64,000 nt of DNA from Trypethelium eluteriae (lineage: Eukaryota), in NCBI GenBank assembly GCA_051942245.1, contig JAVECL010000032.1:1-64000 (forward strand). The letters run 5' to 3'. Each line of letters begins with the position of its first letter. The stretch's first letter is position 1. This document shows positions 13,910 to 26,374 of this stretch, piece after piece. Position numbers and translations under genes: made by a program. The notes under the pieces were generated by a model that ran no database searches, had not been told where the DNA came from, and was given only the letters and a program-made list of their open reading frames with translations.

Positions 13910-14749
13910 TAGTTAGATAGAACTAGAGTAAACGGTGGCGACGCGTCATGTTGTTTCGTACGGAGAGTGGGTTAGGTAATCAATTGGGGCTCCGCGCGGT
14001 GGTACGCGTTGGCACGTGGTGGATTCCTGCGGCCGTTTTCATCAGAGTACCGGAGTCAGGGGTGGTGACTAAATCTGCTCTTAATTTGAAATTGTTTCGA
14101 TACATTAGATTGATTTCGAGAAGGAGTCTGTTGATAACGCGAAATCTATGCGAGAAAAGGCTAAAAAGCGGAGCGCACGTGTTAGCTTTTCTCAACCTGC
14201 CACGCCTGCGTCCCGGTTTGCCAAGGTCTACTCTCCTCTCTCTTGCTTGCAACTGGATCCTTCCCATTTAGTGAAACAACTCTCCCTGACTTTCTAATGA
14301 AGCTCTGCGCACGAGCCTATTATGTTTGGGAAGGGCTATTTAGGTTGTTCACACAGCGCCATAATAGTAACACCTTGGCGCCACAGACGTACAGAGGATG
14401 AAATGAGACATCTTACGGATCTCATCCTAAACTAAGAAGTGACTTCGCAGGCTGCTCTACTTTCTCCAATATTGTTCGAAACATCTTTAACTCACAGATT
14501 GTCCGTTCCCATTAAGCACGGTACTCAGGGTTATCTTACTATCCTGCAGTGAGATCTACTCTACGCTTGCTCGCTGGGATTAGGGGTGCCTCAGTCTCCA
14601 CTTGCTGATTAACATCTTTCCTACTACCCTGACAATATGAGGGAACCGAGCAATAGACTCAGTCGCCGCTTGCAGATAGCGACATAAGTACCTTCAAACC
14701 ACGACGCAATTTAACATACGATACGGCGCTCTGGCCACTTCTACCTCCT

Positions 14750-15279
14750 CATCTTGGTCAGTACAAATGCGCGACGATTCCGTATTTACCTCCCACTGAA
14801 ACTCGCCAAACCATCCGGCACATTGTCTGGTTCAGCTTGTCTTAAATGCCTGCTTTATGAACAACGCGCTAACACCCTGCAACCTCTGCCTAAAGGATTG
14901 TATTTTTACCCGCTTTTGCAGTTGGAGATTACAGCATGCTATCTGTATGCGCTCGTGGTATCAGGTCAAAGCTCTCCTGATTTAATGATGATTATATGAC
15001 TCTACACATTTGGAGAGCTAAAGACTAGAGATGACCCTCGACAAGGTTGGTGTTCTCCTTGCTCTCCTCCACACACGGTCCCATATCCCTGCCTGTCCCG
15101 CTGCGCACTCCTGGTCTTTCATCAGAAGGCGAAGAGAAATTGCAGTGTGTGACATCAACACTTTGAGAAATAGCATGTGGCATCAGCGAAATGAGACATT
15201 GGCACTTGGAGACTGGCTGGGACTGTTTGCTCGAAAGTGGTTCAATGCAAACAACCATTATCCTCGCAAAGTCTTCTGA
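14750..15279 (+). pseudogene. Possible relic of a HET-domain-type gene
   Basis: Fragments LYTFGELKTRD(D)P / LDKVGVLLALL resemble the T.DPRDK.Y.LL.L motif of fungal HET proteins. Frames are interrupted and there is no intact ORF. Confidence 0.2.
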
Positions 15280-15357
15280 GCCTAATAGTAGTACTCAAAT
15301 TTGTTGTGGCTTCTCTTATCTTTTCTACCTTCCTCACTTCTCGTATAATTGCACTGT

Positions 15358-17103
15358 TTACATCTTCTCCCAGGAAACGTACTTACAGAAAAGACTCTAA
15401 GGCAGCATGGGGGCAAGCTCGTTCAACGCCGTCGTCGGCTGCGCGAAGTGAGGGTTGGGCTCCCCATTTGCATCACAACCGCTCCAATTGTACAAGGCTA
15501 GGGCGTAGGCGAGGATGATGTTCTGCTGCAGCTTTGCCCAGCGCATGCCGACGCAAGGGTGATGATCCTGTCCCCATCCTATGACTTTGCAAGAACGAGT
15601 CAGTCAACCTCTTTGAGGTAGTGGTTGAGAAAGACGAGGAAAAAAGCCTGGTAAAGATCAAAGTTATGGCTGCCACTAAGGACCTGTATAGATACAGAGC
15701 AGGGACGGGACGACTATTGAATAATTACAGCCATAGGCCTCCCTCTCAAACTCCTCGCGGCCTTCGCGGAAGCGCTCTGGGTCCCACAGCATGCATTCGG
15801 GCTCAGCTCCTCGTTATAGTGCACGCCGATGGCGCTGTAATAAGCAAAGCTTCCGGGAGGGATGACCTCATCGGTCCCAGGAATGGACATGGGATCAGGT
15901 GTGTCGTTTAGGCGGCCCATGGGAAGGCGACCCATGGGAAAGGCGACCCACATCCGAATTGCCTTCTTGTAGCAGTGGTCGATAGAGGGGAACGATCCAG
16001 TCGGATTGAGTCGAGCCGGTCTACCAATAATGCATTCTTATCTCTGGAGTAGGCCTAGACAGCTGCCTTGACCTCGCAATACCTACGTGTTCTCCTGCCA
16101 CTCGGGATGGTGGGCTACAATTTTCAGCATAGTACCGAAGAGGATGCCGGCATTAGTGCCAGTGATGAGCTGCATGCTGATCAAAATGTTGGTAGTATAG
16201 TCCTTGCTGTCGCCGCTGTCATGAGGGTTTGCAAAGTGTCATCTACGCGAGGGGCACCCTTCTTCATTCGCTTATTGACCATAGGGATCACGATACTACC
16301 TAGACCATGACGTCCGTAACGATGCCTCTAGTATGCTATACTCAGGTATGACGCCCAAGGAAAGGCAAAAAGGTGCAAACTATTGGTAAACTGCAGAATC
16401 GGCAAGCAACTCAACAGGCTTTCCAATAGTTTCGGGTTATCCGAGATTTCATTCAAGCCTACGATCCGTGTGCCCTGTGTGATTACGATTCGAAAACAGA
16501 CTCTGGCTGGATTCGCGACACCAGATGGATTGTTGGTCATCGCCTCGAAAGCGTTGCGAGCATCCTTGGTCACGCGGGGAACACGCTTGACGAGTCGCTC
16601 CGATTTCTGCAGGTCGAGGAGGAGATGCTTAGCATAGATACCACCATTGGAGAAAGCAGGTTTCCAAATGTCGTGGACGACTGTTAATCGGCTAGGTATC
16701 AAGTCCGGGCCATGTCCTATGAGGATAATCCCTTTGATAAGACTTAGGCTTCCGCTGTCCAGATACATTTTGCAGGCTTCTTCGCCTAATATACCAACTA
16801 CGTGGTTTTTGCCTAGCCATAAGCTGAAATTGCCCGTCTTGGAGTTCTCTACTGCATTCTTCCTGAAAGCCCTAGGCGTCGTTGTTAGGATTAAAATTTT
16901 CGCACGTCAAAGAAATGGCAAGCAAGAATTACAATGTGTGAATAAAAGACTTACAAGAGCCTATGGATCGGATTGTGTAGGACTACTACAAAGCCAGTCG
17001 AACCGAGGGTCAGTGGGGAATGGGAGGTATCTGATTTCAGCTGAATTCTTATCTGCCGGTCAGGCAAACCACTGTGAGACATGAAGCTGGAAGTGACGTC
17101 CAT
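15358..17103 (-). pseudogene. Cytochrome P450 pseudogene
   Basis: Recognisable pieces: GNFSLWLGKNHVVG..MYLDS..IKGIILIGHGPD; I-helix-like ISMQLITGTNAGILFGTMLKIVAHHPEWQE; K-helix YKKAIRMWVAFP (ExxR altered to KxxR); heme motif GWGQDHHPCVGMRWAKLQ at ~15530-15580. Lesions: in-frame TAG at 16328-16330 and 15397-15399, frameshifts near 16220 and 16085, and a 15-16 bp tandem duplication at 15916-15946. The 5' limit is approximate. Confidence 0.85.
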
Positions 17104-17933
17104 GTTCGGAGCAGCGTCCGTCTTCGAAGGTACGTTGCATGGAGCAGATAGAGCACACAACACCACGGCTACTGAACAAAACAAGCAGGTTAACATCAAA
17201 TAAAGGTAAATATCGTCTAAATCAGGAAAAGCAATACCTATCAATCGGGGCGATGGAAGGTCGGGAGGTTACACACATGTGTAACTCTCAATACGTCTAA
17301 GATCCGATTTCCGACAATGAAGCTTCATCGCAGAGTATTGGCTCTCTAATTGGAAAAGATCCTTCGCTGATTTTGCAGAGCAATGTACCAACAGTGATTC
17401 ACACATTTGGTGGCTGACATTAGGTGCATACGGACATGATCAAAGCCGGGAGCCACTGAGCCAAAGCTGACCCTCGCTGCATTCAAAAAAGTTTCAGGCT
17501 AAGCCACAGCGGTACAAGTAGGTATTCCCTCAAAGCGAGACGCAAGAACAATTGTACGGCGAGCCTCCCAATGATTGACGGCCATTACTGAAGCCTCTAA
17601 TAGCACTCCAGAAAGCATTCAACTGCTCCACTGGTTCCATTCTATAGATTTATCATAGACTATTATTATTTGCAAGATGTTGATATTCAGAAGGGAAGGA
17701 CTGAGCGACAGTACCCTTTTCGGTTTCAAAAGAAAGTAATTCCCTTTCCAATTCAATTCATCATGTAATGCTCGCTATAATCAAGAATAAAAGTATCTAA
17801 TAAATTAGAAAACCCCAATGTTCCCGATGTATACAACGCTATTGGGAACCCCTTAGCGCGTTCATTGGGATGTCACAAAGAGAGCAAGTATGCTGGTGCA
17901 CGTATTGATTGGTCTGATGTCTTAAGAGTCTAA

Positions 17934-19136
17934 CTAGATGAAAGTGAAGGTGATAACCTTATCCCCTCCATGGCTTCTTCCCCTTAGTTTTTCTTTTCTT
18001 TTCTTCTGAATACGCGAACCATTTTCTGCTTTTATGCTTCTCCCGCGACGTGCAGACGCTATTGCAGAAGAGGCGACTGATGCTGTCGAAGGGTCACCAC
18101 TAGAGTCGAAACTATGAAGAAACTTATCGTCGTCTGTGATCATGGTTGCTGGTGATTGAGTTGCATTGGTCCTGGACTCAGTCTGCTCCTCAAGGCAGAT
18201 GTCCTCGGATGGGTGAATGTTTCGAGAAAGTGACGACATTGCTTCATCAAGCGGGCTATAGGAAAAATCAATTTTGCTTTCGTGTGCAGCGAGCAGATGA
18301 ATCCACCAAAGTGCCAAATTGACTGTTAACCCGTCGCTATCATTCGTGTTCCATTTAATCGCCTTATATTGGAGGTAGCCTGCCGTTTTTGTTTGTTGCT
18401 CTGGTCTGTATCCCAATGTACGCACGCCGCCGGTCTTGCTCTGATCGTTGGGTCGGACGCGGATACAATCGAGCTCTTCATCCGTTATGAGGAAGCCATA
18501 ACGGGTGTTGGCGCTGATACAGTATCTAAATATTTGCATTACGGGCAGTATTCCTAAATCATTACTCTGTGATTCTTTGATCTCTCCCAGCGGGATCTTC
18601 TCGCTCTTCCACTTTTCGCTGAGCTTCGTATCGCCGGGTAGCACTACAGTGGGCATTCGAAGATCAGGGTCGTTGTCGTTGTCGCAGGATCTAAGCCGTA
18701 CTCCGGCCCGATCAGGTCGCTGGCGTTGCGATGAGAGATTGAAGAAAGAGGCTTGACCACCACGAGCCATCCGTGCGTGAAATTCATTCATCGCAGGATG
18801 CTGCTCATGCACCACTGCAAGCGCTTCGGATACTACTGACTGTGTCCATTTGATCAGCAAGGAGTCTAGAGAATCCTCGTCACTAATCGTGCGGAACATC
18901 GCAGGGATGGGTGAGAACTGAGGTAGATCCTTGTTGAGAGGTTTTCGAAGGATGCTATAAAGCAAACGGCCTGACATCCTCTGTAGGGTGTCATAGTTGA
19001 ATTCGTCCCATGGGTAGATACTGGGAGGCCGCCAACCGGGACTCTTCGTCATTGTCGTACTTGAGGAGGTATTCCCGAATCGCCACAACGTTGGATTGTC
19101 TCTCTTTAGATAGCTCAGAAGTGTTTCTTTGGCCAT
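17934..19136 (-). CDS. Uncharacterised fungal protein with a PD-(D/E)xK nuclease-like core
   Basis: Intronless 400-aa ORF with RPDRAG..PGDTKLSEKW..QIFRYC..TRYGFLITDEEL..LTVNLALWWIHLLA, followed by a low-complexity tail and a basic C-terminal NLS-like stretch (QKKRKEKLR). Confidence 0.7.
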   Translation of the reverse strand: MAKETLLSYLKRDNPTLWRFGNTSSSTTMTKSPGWRPPSIYPWDEFNYDTLQRMSGRLLYSILRKPLNKDLPQFSPIPAMFRTISDEDSLDSLLIKWTQSVVSEALAVVHEQHPAMNEFHARMARGGQASFFNLSSQRQRPDRAGVRLRSCDNDNDPDLRMPTVVLPGDTKLSEKWKSEKIPLGEIKESQSNDLGILPVMQIFRYCISANTRYGFLITDEELDCIRVRPNDQSKTGGVRTLGYRPEQQTKTAGYLQYKAIKWNTNDSDGLTVNLALWWIHLLAAHESKIDFSYSPLDEAMSSLSRNIHPSEDICLEEQTESRTNATQSPATMITDDDKFLHSFDSSGDPSTASVASSAIASARRGRSIKAENGSRIQKKRKEKLRGRSHGGDKVITFTFI

Positions 19137-19456
19137 TGTTGTGCACGAAGTAGGATGTGAATGCTCTTAATTTTGAGATGACCACCATTTCTGCGCAAGA
19201 GCGCGCGGGTATTTGAAGCCTTGCAAACCCACATGATGTGTAGATGCAAAGATATGTCACGCTGCAGACTGCTCAGACAAACAATTGTAATAGGCGTTGA
19301 TTGAAGTGACACAGTCCAGGGAGCTGAAGTGTATGATGGGTTATCAGCTGCAACAGACTGAATCGAGCCCGCACCTCTTAGATAGTCTATCATGCCCCAC
19401 CTTTGCTCTGCACTGCTGCAGCACGCTCTTCACTTTTGCTGTCTGACTCCCCCGAT

Positions 19457-20374
19457 ATGCCTCGACGAAAAGGGACCGTGATTCATAAACTGCCCCGATG
19501 CGACGAACCGAGACTAGAACAATTCCCTTACGACCATAAAATTGAGTTTCGAAAATTGTTGGGCCAAGACAGAGAGCAAGGCGGGGTCATCGCAGGTCAT
19601 GGCTACGTGTTTAGTGTTCTGATCGACTCTAAACCGTTCGCATTGAAAATGGTAGGGGAAATCTACTACCGGTCAGGCCATGACAGCAAGTATTCTGAAC
19701 CATTCCACTAGTTCAAATTCTATGACACGTCCGATGGTCGCGATCCACTCACAGACGATGAAAATAGGCAGGTGTCAGATGAAATTGTGGAAGCTCATTG
19801 CGATCCTTTCTACGCCGAGTGCCGTGCATATGGCCGTATTAAGGAGAAGAAGTGCAAACGACTTCTCGCTGTGCCGTGTTACGGTTTTCTTCATGTTGCT
19901 GCTGAGGAGGAAGAACGGTTATACGAGCTCTTTCAAGTTGAAGACTGGAATCGACAGCCTGATGAGCACAGACAGAAGCCCAGTGATAGATCGCCATTCC
20001 GCGCTCTCGTAAAACAATTAGTCGAGGACGATCCTCCTCTCAATCCTCGTCGTATGCTCGCAGAACTACGTCAGTTGAAAAAGATTGGTGTCCACCCAAT
20101 GGACGTTTGTATGAGAAACTATAAGGGGGGCTATCTTGTTGATTTCAGCATTGCATGGACAATGCCATACTTCATGACCAGATTTCTCTCTCAAAGGCAG
20201 CTCGATTCGAGGCTGAGACGCGATTTAATCGATTTTGATGATCTTGTCAAGGAATCTGGGGTTCGAACAAAAGTGCGCGCCGCGACTGAACCCATCATAG
20301 TACGTGCTTCAGAGACAACAGGACGCATCACATCAAACACAGACGATATTCCAAAGCTACGACCGCGCAAATAG
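19457..20374 (+). CDS. FTA2-domain (Sim4 complex subunit Fta2-like) protein-kinase-like protein
   Basis: Exon 1 19457-19651, intron GTAGGG..CTAG 19652-19711, exon 2 19712-20374. Motifs GHGYVF..FALKMFKFYD, DPFYAECRAYGRI, RALVKQLV and HPMDVCMRNYKGGYLVDFSIAWT are a degenerate kinase catalytic loop and DFS. Confidence 0.8.
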
Positions 20375-21015
20375 TATAATACAGCTTCATGATATTCTCC
20401 CAGTCGTCTTTCATACGACTGGAGCGGGAGTGGAAAAGGATGAGATGCATTTTCAGACCGCATGCAGGACTTCTGTGGGATTTGATATCAAATCATGCCG
20501 CCGTTGAATCGAAAAATCTGACCACCAATCCATTTGCTTCCACTAAGCCAATTTCCCTCCCAGGAGGTCTCGATTTGTTTGCAGGATTCAAGCCTGCAAT
20601 GCGCTTGAGCGACTGCTCACTCTTGCCGTGATGGAAGAGTTCCATTCTTGTAGAACCGAACGCCACAGAATTGACTATTTGCGACTAAGGTCCTTGGTCA
20701 GCACGTGTACTATTTGCTCTATGGCTTGGTAAGTGAAAAGGGACCCTTATAAACGTTAAAAGCGGCTCCGGCGCGATACCGGAAAAGGGGGCCCAACAGC
20801 AGGTGCAAGACTAACCGCAAAAGGGCTGCACCCGGACATGGGTGACATCGACAGAGAATACCTTATTAATGAAGACTCTCATTTTATCTAGACCGTTTCA
20901 TCGATATTCTCTCTTTTGCTTGCATAAAATTACCACGGGGAATCCTAGCAGACAGACCCAAGCTAGCTTAGAGCGGGTGGAAGCCGTCCGATAGCAGTAT
21001 GTAAGCCACATCGAC

Positions 21016-22466
21016 TCATATGAGGGCCGACTCTGTTACAGTAAGGTCATCTGTGTAAGCCTGATATCTGACGGCCAAGGCTACTGTGACGCCACTGCGA
21101 GATCGAAGCTTATTCGCCACTGCAAGTCGTCCTCTACTATCGTGAACACTGTTGATAATTTCTATCAGTTTATCCAGTTCCAACCCGCATTCGTTGATCA
21201 ATTGCAGACGTGAGAGATCGTGCAAGCGTGCCAGGCCCTCAATGTTTGGATCAACAGCTCCTGGCTCCGGCAACATCGGTGGCGCCAAGATCAGGGTTGC
21301 TGAAATATTTGCACGTAACACACCAAGATGCGCTCTCAACTCGGCAAGGATTCGTGCTGGGAGAGGAGGGGATGGCGTGGTTAGCCGAAGAATATATACC
21401 GCAGCATCCTTGACCACTTGGACCGCTGCAAGCATTCTTCTCTGCACCGTCACGCGCCCGTCAAAATCCTCGACTTTCCCAACATCAACTGTGCAATCGA
21501 TGTTCAGTGCTGGTTCAACCATCTGGACAATCAAATGAAGTGCTGGGTGCATGTCTGCAAGGGCTATGGCAGTTTCCGTCGAGTGGGCGCAAACCTATAT
21601 ATGGAGTCAGGGGATTAGCTAAAGGCTGGACATGTTTGGTTGTCAACATAAGCGTTCAAGAGCAAGAGACTCACGTCAACTATCGTCGCACTGCCCAGAC
21701 TACGCCAGTTAAGCCGGCTAAGAAGCTCAGTAATGCTGTCGTCCATGTCTCCGACACACCTCTGATAGGCGGACCATTGGCGCTGCAGTCTTGTCCGTTC
21801 AACACAGGCCATTTGGAACGGCTGTGGCGTGTTGAAGGTAATGGAATATGCACTGTCGTTTGTAGATTCTGAATTTTTATTTCGCTGCGTTGACGAAACC
21901 ATTTGCAATGCTGTGGGTGCTACTGTTTCAGCCAGAAACATGGTTGCATCTAAAAATCCGAGATTGGTCACGAATGGTGCCGACAGGACCGTATGAGCGA
22001 TATGACCTGGTCGATGCTCATGAAGAAAACCAGCAGTCGCTGTCATACGCACAACACGACATAGCTGCGTCTCTGGTACGCCAGCCAGGTCCGCGACCTC
22101 TTTGGCAGGGATGCTGCCACTGAGTGGGATACACGCAAGCACTTGGAACTCGCCCAACCATTTCAAACATGCGAGAAGTTGGTTCTGTGCAGACAGTTTA
22201 AGAGTGTTTCTCCTACTAAAGTTTGTGGTGCGGCATACCTGGGAGGCTAGATGCAGGAGAAACTCGGCCGGCTGAACCAACAGAGTCTGTAATCGGGCTG
22301 CGATGGTGAGTATGCTCTGCCTCGCGCGATCCGCCTCGCCGAGCATGACTTTGTTAATGACCGGATTGAGCGTCGAGGCAGTGCCATCGCTCCGTAAGTG
22401 TTGACTAAGGGTTCGAGCAGCAATGACAAGTTCGTTACTCCATGTCTCGAGCTGGTTTAAATCCAT
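21016..22466 (-). CDS. mdpA: AflS/AflJ-like transcriptional coactivator (MdpA/GedD/TpcD-like, O-methyltransferase-like fold)
   Basis: Exons 22466-22239, 22184-21675 and 21594-21016. Reads NQLLACLKWLGEFQVLACIPLSG..VADLAGVPETQLCRVVRMTATAGFL..RILAELRAHLGVL..ARLHDLSRLQLINE. Symbol is by orthology. Confidence 0.88.
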
Positions 22467-23883
22467 TATGGCCGCAAAATAATGACACCAAGAATCACCA
22501 GAGTTCTGAGCCAATGTTGTTCACAAGGATTAGATCAGCATACAAGCAGGCAATTGACGTAGACACCCGTTTTTTGGCTCCGATATCTACGGCATGCATT
22601 AGTGTACTCTCGTACAAAAGATATATGGGCAAATACCTAGGGAGGGCACATCTTGAAATCTGAGCAGGTCCTACAGGCTCGACCGCACGAGATCCTGTTG
22701 AAAGCCTCTTTAGATTAGTTTCTCCACTAGAAGATGCAGTGAGCTTGGGACGCAAGAGGTCGCGTAGAAAAGCCGTATCCTGAAGATCTGTACTACGTCG
22801 CAGATCCAAGGTCCGCCAGTCACGCACTACTCTACCGTACGTACATAATCATGAAGGAGAATCGTCGGATAATCAAAGCTTGGACACTCAGCTACAAACG
22901 GTGGAGACTTCAAGTACGTTACTCCACAGTGATCAAGGGTTTCCGAGCTGGCTATAGGAGCAGAGTTTGTAACACTACATAACATTGCGTGCTACGCCTG
23001 GGGCCGAAGAAGGAAGTACTGCAAAGTGATGCATATCTGCGTGGACATATAGATGGCCCACAGCTCTTCAACAGCATGTCTTGCGTATGACTCTTGGATG
23101 ATTTGAAGGACAGAACCGCTCGGAAATGAACTCGACGCCTCGACGTCCTCTATGGCGCGGTAGTTAGTAGGACTGGAAGTACTATACTCCGGAGCGGAGA
23201 TAGGTTATTCCGAAGCGGCTCCTTCTCGTCGCGTCTCTCGTTCAGCCGCTCATGCCGCCACTTTTCTCTTCGCATCTCGACTTCTCATCCACTTGTCATC
23301 AAAATCCCTTGAGGATTGGAGGCTCATCATATCGCAGGATCGACATTCCTAAACGAGCTATACTGTACCTGGTGGATCTGCAGGAGACGTGGTCAAACTT
23401 GAACGAGAAAAAAAAAGAGAAGTTGAAGTAGAGTATCGTAGTTGGGGAACCGATGGAAGGATAAAATGGCAATTTGGATCTGTTTGACTGAGATACTCCG
23501 CTTTCAAGAGCCTGCAATGCGTCTCTCCACCGGCTCTAAAGACTTTGACCTTCCGTGAAAAATCTGCTTCAGTAGCGCTCACTCCACATGTGGCTCTGGC
23601 GTCAAATTCGCTGGAATCGTATCTCGAATGGAACTTTGATGAAGAACACTGTCAGACGTCACAGACGCGAGTAGGTGTAGCCATTGAGGACATCAAAAGT
23701 AGAAGGGATATGGGAACGACCAAGCTCAAGTTATCGCTCTTTGGCGAGAATAGGTGAGGCGGAGGAGGTCGTTGCCATGCTGCTGCAGAGTTATCGCCTA
23801 AAACTGCGTTGCTTCAAGCCACTCAGCTGCTAACAACGTCTATTCTCATATAAATGCTCAAACAGCAAAACTTTTCGCATTTA

Positions 23884-23894
23884 TCGCATGCCGA
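23884..23894. promoter_or_regulatory. AflR-type binding site TCGCATGCCGA
   Basis: Perfect TCGSWNNSCGR match upstream of the AflS-like gene. Looser TCG-N5-CGA sites lie at 23270-23280 and 23617-23627. Confidence 0.45.
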
Positions 23895-24047
23895 GAGCTC
23901 TAGAATGTGATCCAAGGACTCTGGGAGCCTCGAGTGAATATGTACGCAGCTGCTAACTTACACTATCTGGACTTTATTCCCCAACAGCTCAATTGTCATG
24001 GTCTGTGCTACTCCAAGCGTAGTCTTCTGATCCGAGACATTCTCCAT

Positions 24048-24589
24048 CTAGAATGTTCCCAGAGCACCCAAAATCGCCCCCGCTAGTGGAAAGAGCGACC
24101 TCATTAAATGCAAGCGAGTCCACTTCACTACCAGCTCTTGAGCCTGTGAAAGTTCAGATACCAACGGCTCTACCTTGCTCGCTGCCTCCAGCCCAAACAG
24201 ACGATCATTCGTTGGAACCATGAAAATCCACGTGAATGGGATCATGCTGACCGTCGTGAGACCAGCCAACGCGAAAAGACCCCACGTCCTCCGAGCACTA
24301 CGCCTTCCAATGCATGTGTAGCCATACAGGATCAACGTGCAGATGGCCATGGCTGGTAAGACTCGGTGTCCATAATGATACATACGCGCCCATTGGGAAA
24401 AGAGTTGGCTGGCTTCAGTCGTCGTATCCAAAAGGACTGGAACAGCCACAAGAGACAGCGACATCATTGTGCCTGAGCAAGCGTCAATCTAGATTCGCAA
24501 TTTCAGTTCAACAGCAACATCGTTGGATCCGCACCTGAGAGAAAGGCACCTGTTACTACTGCCGTGGCTTGAACGCTGGCTATGGACAT
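24048..24589 (-). CDS. Anthrone oxygenase (DUF1772; EncC/GedH/TpcL/HypC-like)
   Basis: Exon 1 [19 protein letters not shown], then an intron at ~24534-24474, then [53 protein letters not shown]. Confidence 0.9.
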
Positions 24590-26374
24590 TGCGCTAATGG
24601 TCTCTTAGGGAGTTCGTGTTTAGTACGATACCGGCAAAAATGAGGACGCAAGATGACCCTATTGATCGAAGCACGGTGTTGATGGGTGCAGAAATTACGT
24701 CAAGGGCGGCTTTCTATGTCTATCGCTGCTAATTTTTGCGCTCAGCTTGCAAATATAGAGTCAACTTTATCGTCAGATCGTGAAAGTGCAAAGAATATTG
24801 TGATTGAGTGCAAGCGACATTGACGAAATCGCGTGAGCGGCAAGAGACACGCTATGTTTCGGTCAATCGGAAATAATTGTCAGAGACGAGAAAAACTCCG
24901 AAATCTATACTTGCCGGGGATGCTGCAAAGATGCAACGCTATTCAACATCAGAAACGTTCCAAACTTTCGGAATGTCCCGACTCCCGAGAACCATCTTCG
25001 GAGCGTTTCCCAAGCAGACGGGAGGGCTCTGACTTCCGCTGTACCCGATCGGAAAGCCGACCATTTCTCTTTACAGCCTTGCCCCACTTCGGAAAGCACA
25101 ATCAGCGTGTCACCAAGCCATATGCGCGAGCTGCGTTGAGTCCCTAGGCTGGGCTTAAGCCTCTTCTAGCTACTACGCAAGGATACTCTGAGAGCCCATT
25201 GTGTATGCAGATGCGGCTCCGGCTCTCTTCTCCCGCTCACCCCATATCACCATTGCTTCCGAGGCATTGTACTTCAGCGAAACGTCACGACAGTTATTAA
25301 TCAATTGGAAAGCGGAAATTCCTATAGTTCTTAACAATGGCTTGGGCATCCTCGGCATTTTCTGAACAGAGCGTCAACACAATTTTCAATCAAGTTCTTT
25401 TCAAGACAGTAATTTCACCAAAGCTTTGGAAATAAGAATTGCTGGCACCGCCAGAGTGTTAGCCACCTGAGGTTAGAAGATCGACGCTATGTAGCTCACT
25501 TGTAGGAAGCCACACCCATGATTTCGTCGCCTTGCATGGTATATTACAATCAGCAAACGTACCGTCTTAAGACAAGTATCGATGCCGCCTAATAGATAAT
25601 GAGAAATGTGGAAGATGGAAAGAGGAAGGAATCGAACAGCAAGCTGATATTGGCGGCGCCGAAGAATGCCGATTCAGGCTGACTCCACCACCGCCGAAAA
25701 ATACATTTAACAGCGCTTCATCTTGCAGAAGATGTTCACGTTCTAGTAGTTCGGAAGAGTGAGGATAGTTTATGGCCTTACAGAAGGAATCCACGTCCTG
25801 TCAGAGGACATCGAGCCGGCCAGTGAACCGGGACCCACTAAACTTGTCGGTTTTTCTTTTTTGCAGAGTGTGATTGCCATGGATAATCAAAGCAACCTTC
25901 ATCGGATAGGCTTCCTTCGGAACGTCATGACTGGACGATTTCTGGCGTTATCGGAAGTCGTTGGGTACACGTTCTTCGTTTAGCGACAGAATGGCTTGGG
26001 TGCTGGCATGCACGAGATTCTTGCCGGCGAGCAAGTGTATCAGCGCTGTGGGGTCTAACTCTTCATGGAAAGTGCTATAGAGAGCTTTAAGATAGATGTC
26101 GTGATCAGGACGGCTTGACTCCCAAACCCAGTATGCAATGCGAGATTGAGATCAGCCGGGAACGCACGCAGTCCTCGACTCAGCTTAAGTCCAAGCGTGC
26201 CAATTAGCGCTCTTTTGCATATGAATGAGGTTGGGTTGATACCGGAACCGTGCAAGGAAGCTGAACGACCTAGAACGTAGACTGACGACCGTAATGACAT
26301 TGCGAACGCCGCATTAGACCCCCGATGCTGTTGGATCGTTCTCGCCACTCCAGGCGAGAAGAAATCTAAGTCGA

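Noticed and set aside
15358..17103. RIP as the cause of the P450 lesions
   Set aside because: Several lesions look like C-to-T or G-to-A transitions, but indels are also present and the region is not markedly AT/TpA-rich. It cannot be separated from ordinary decay without an intact ortholog.
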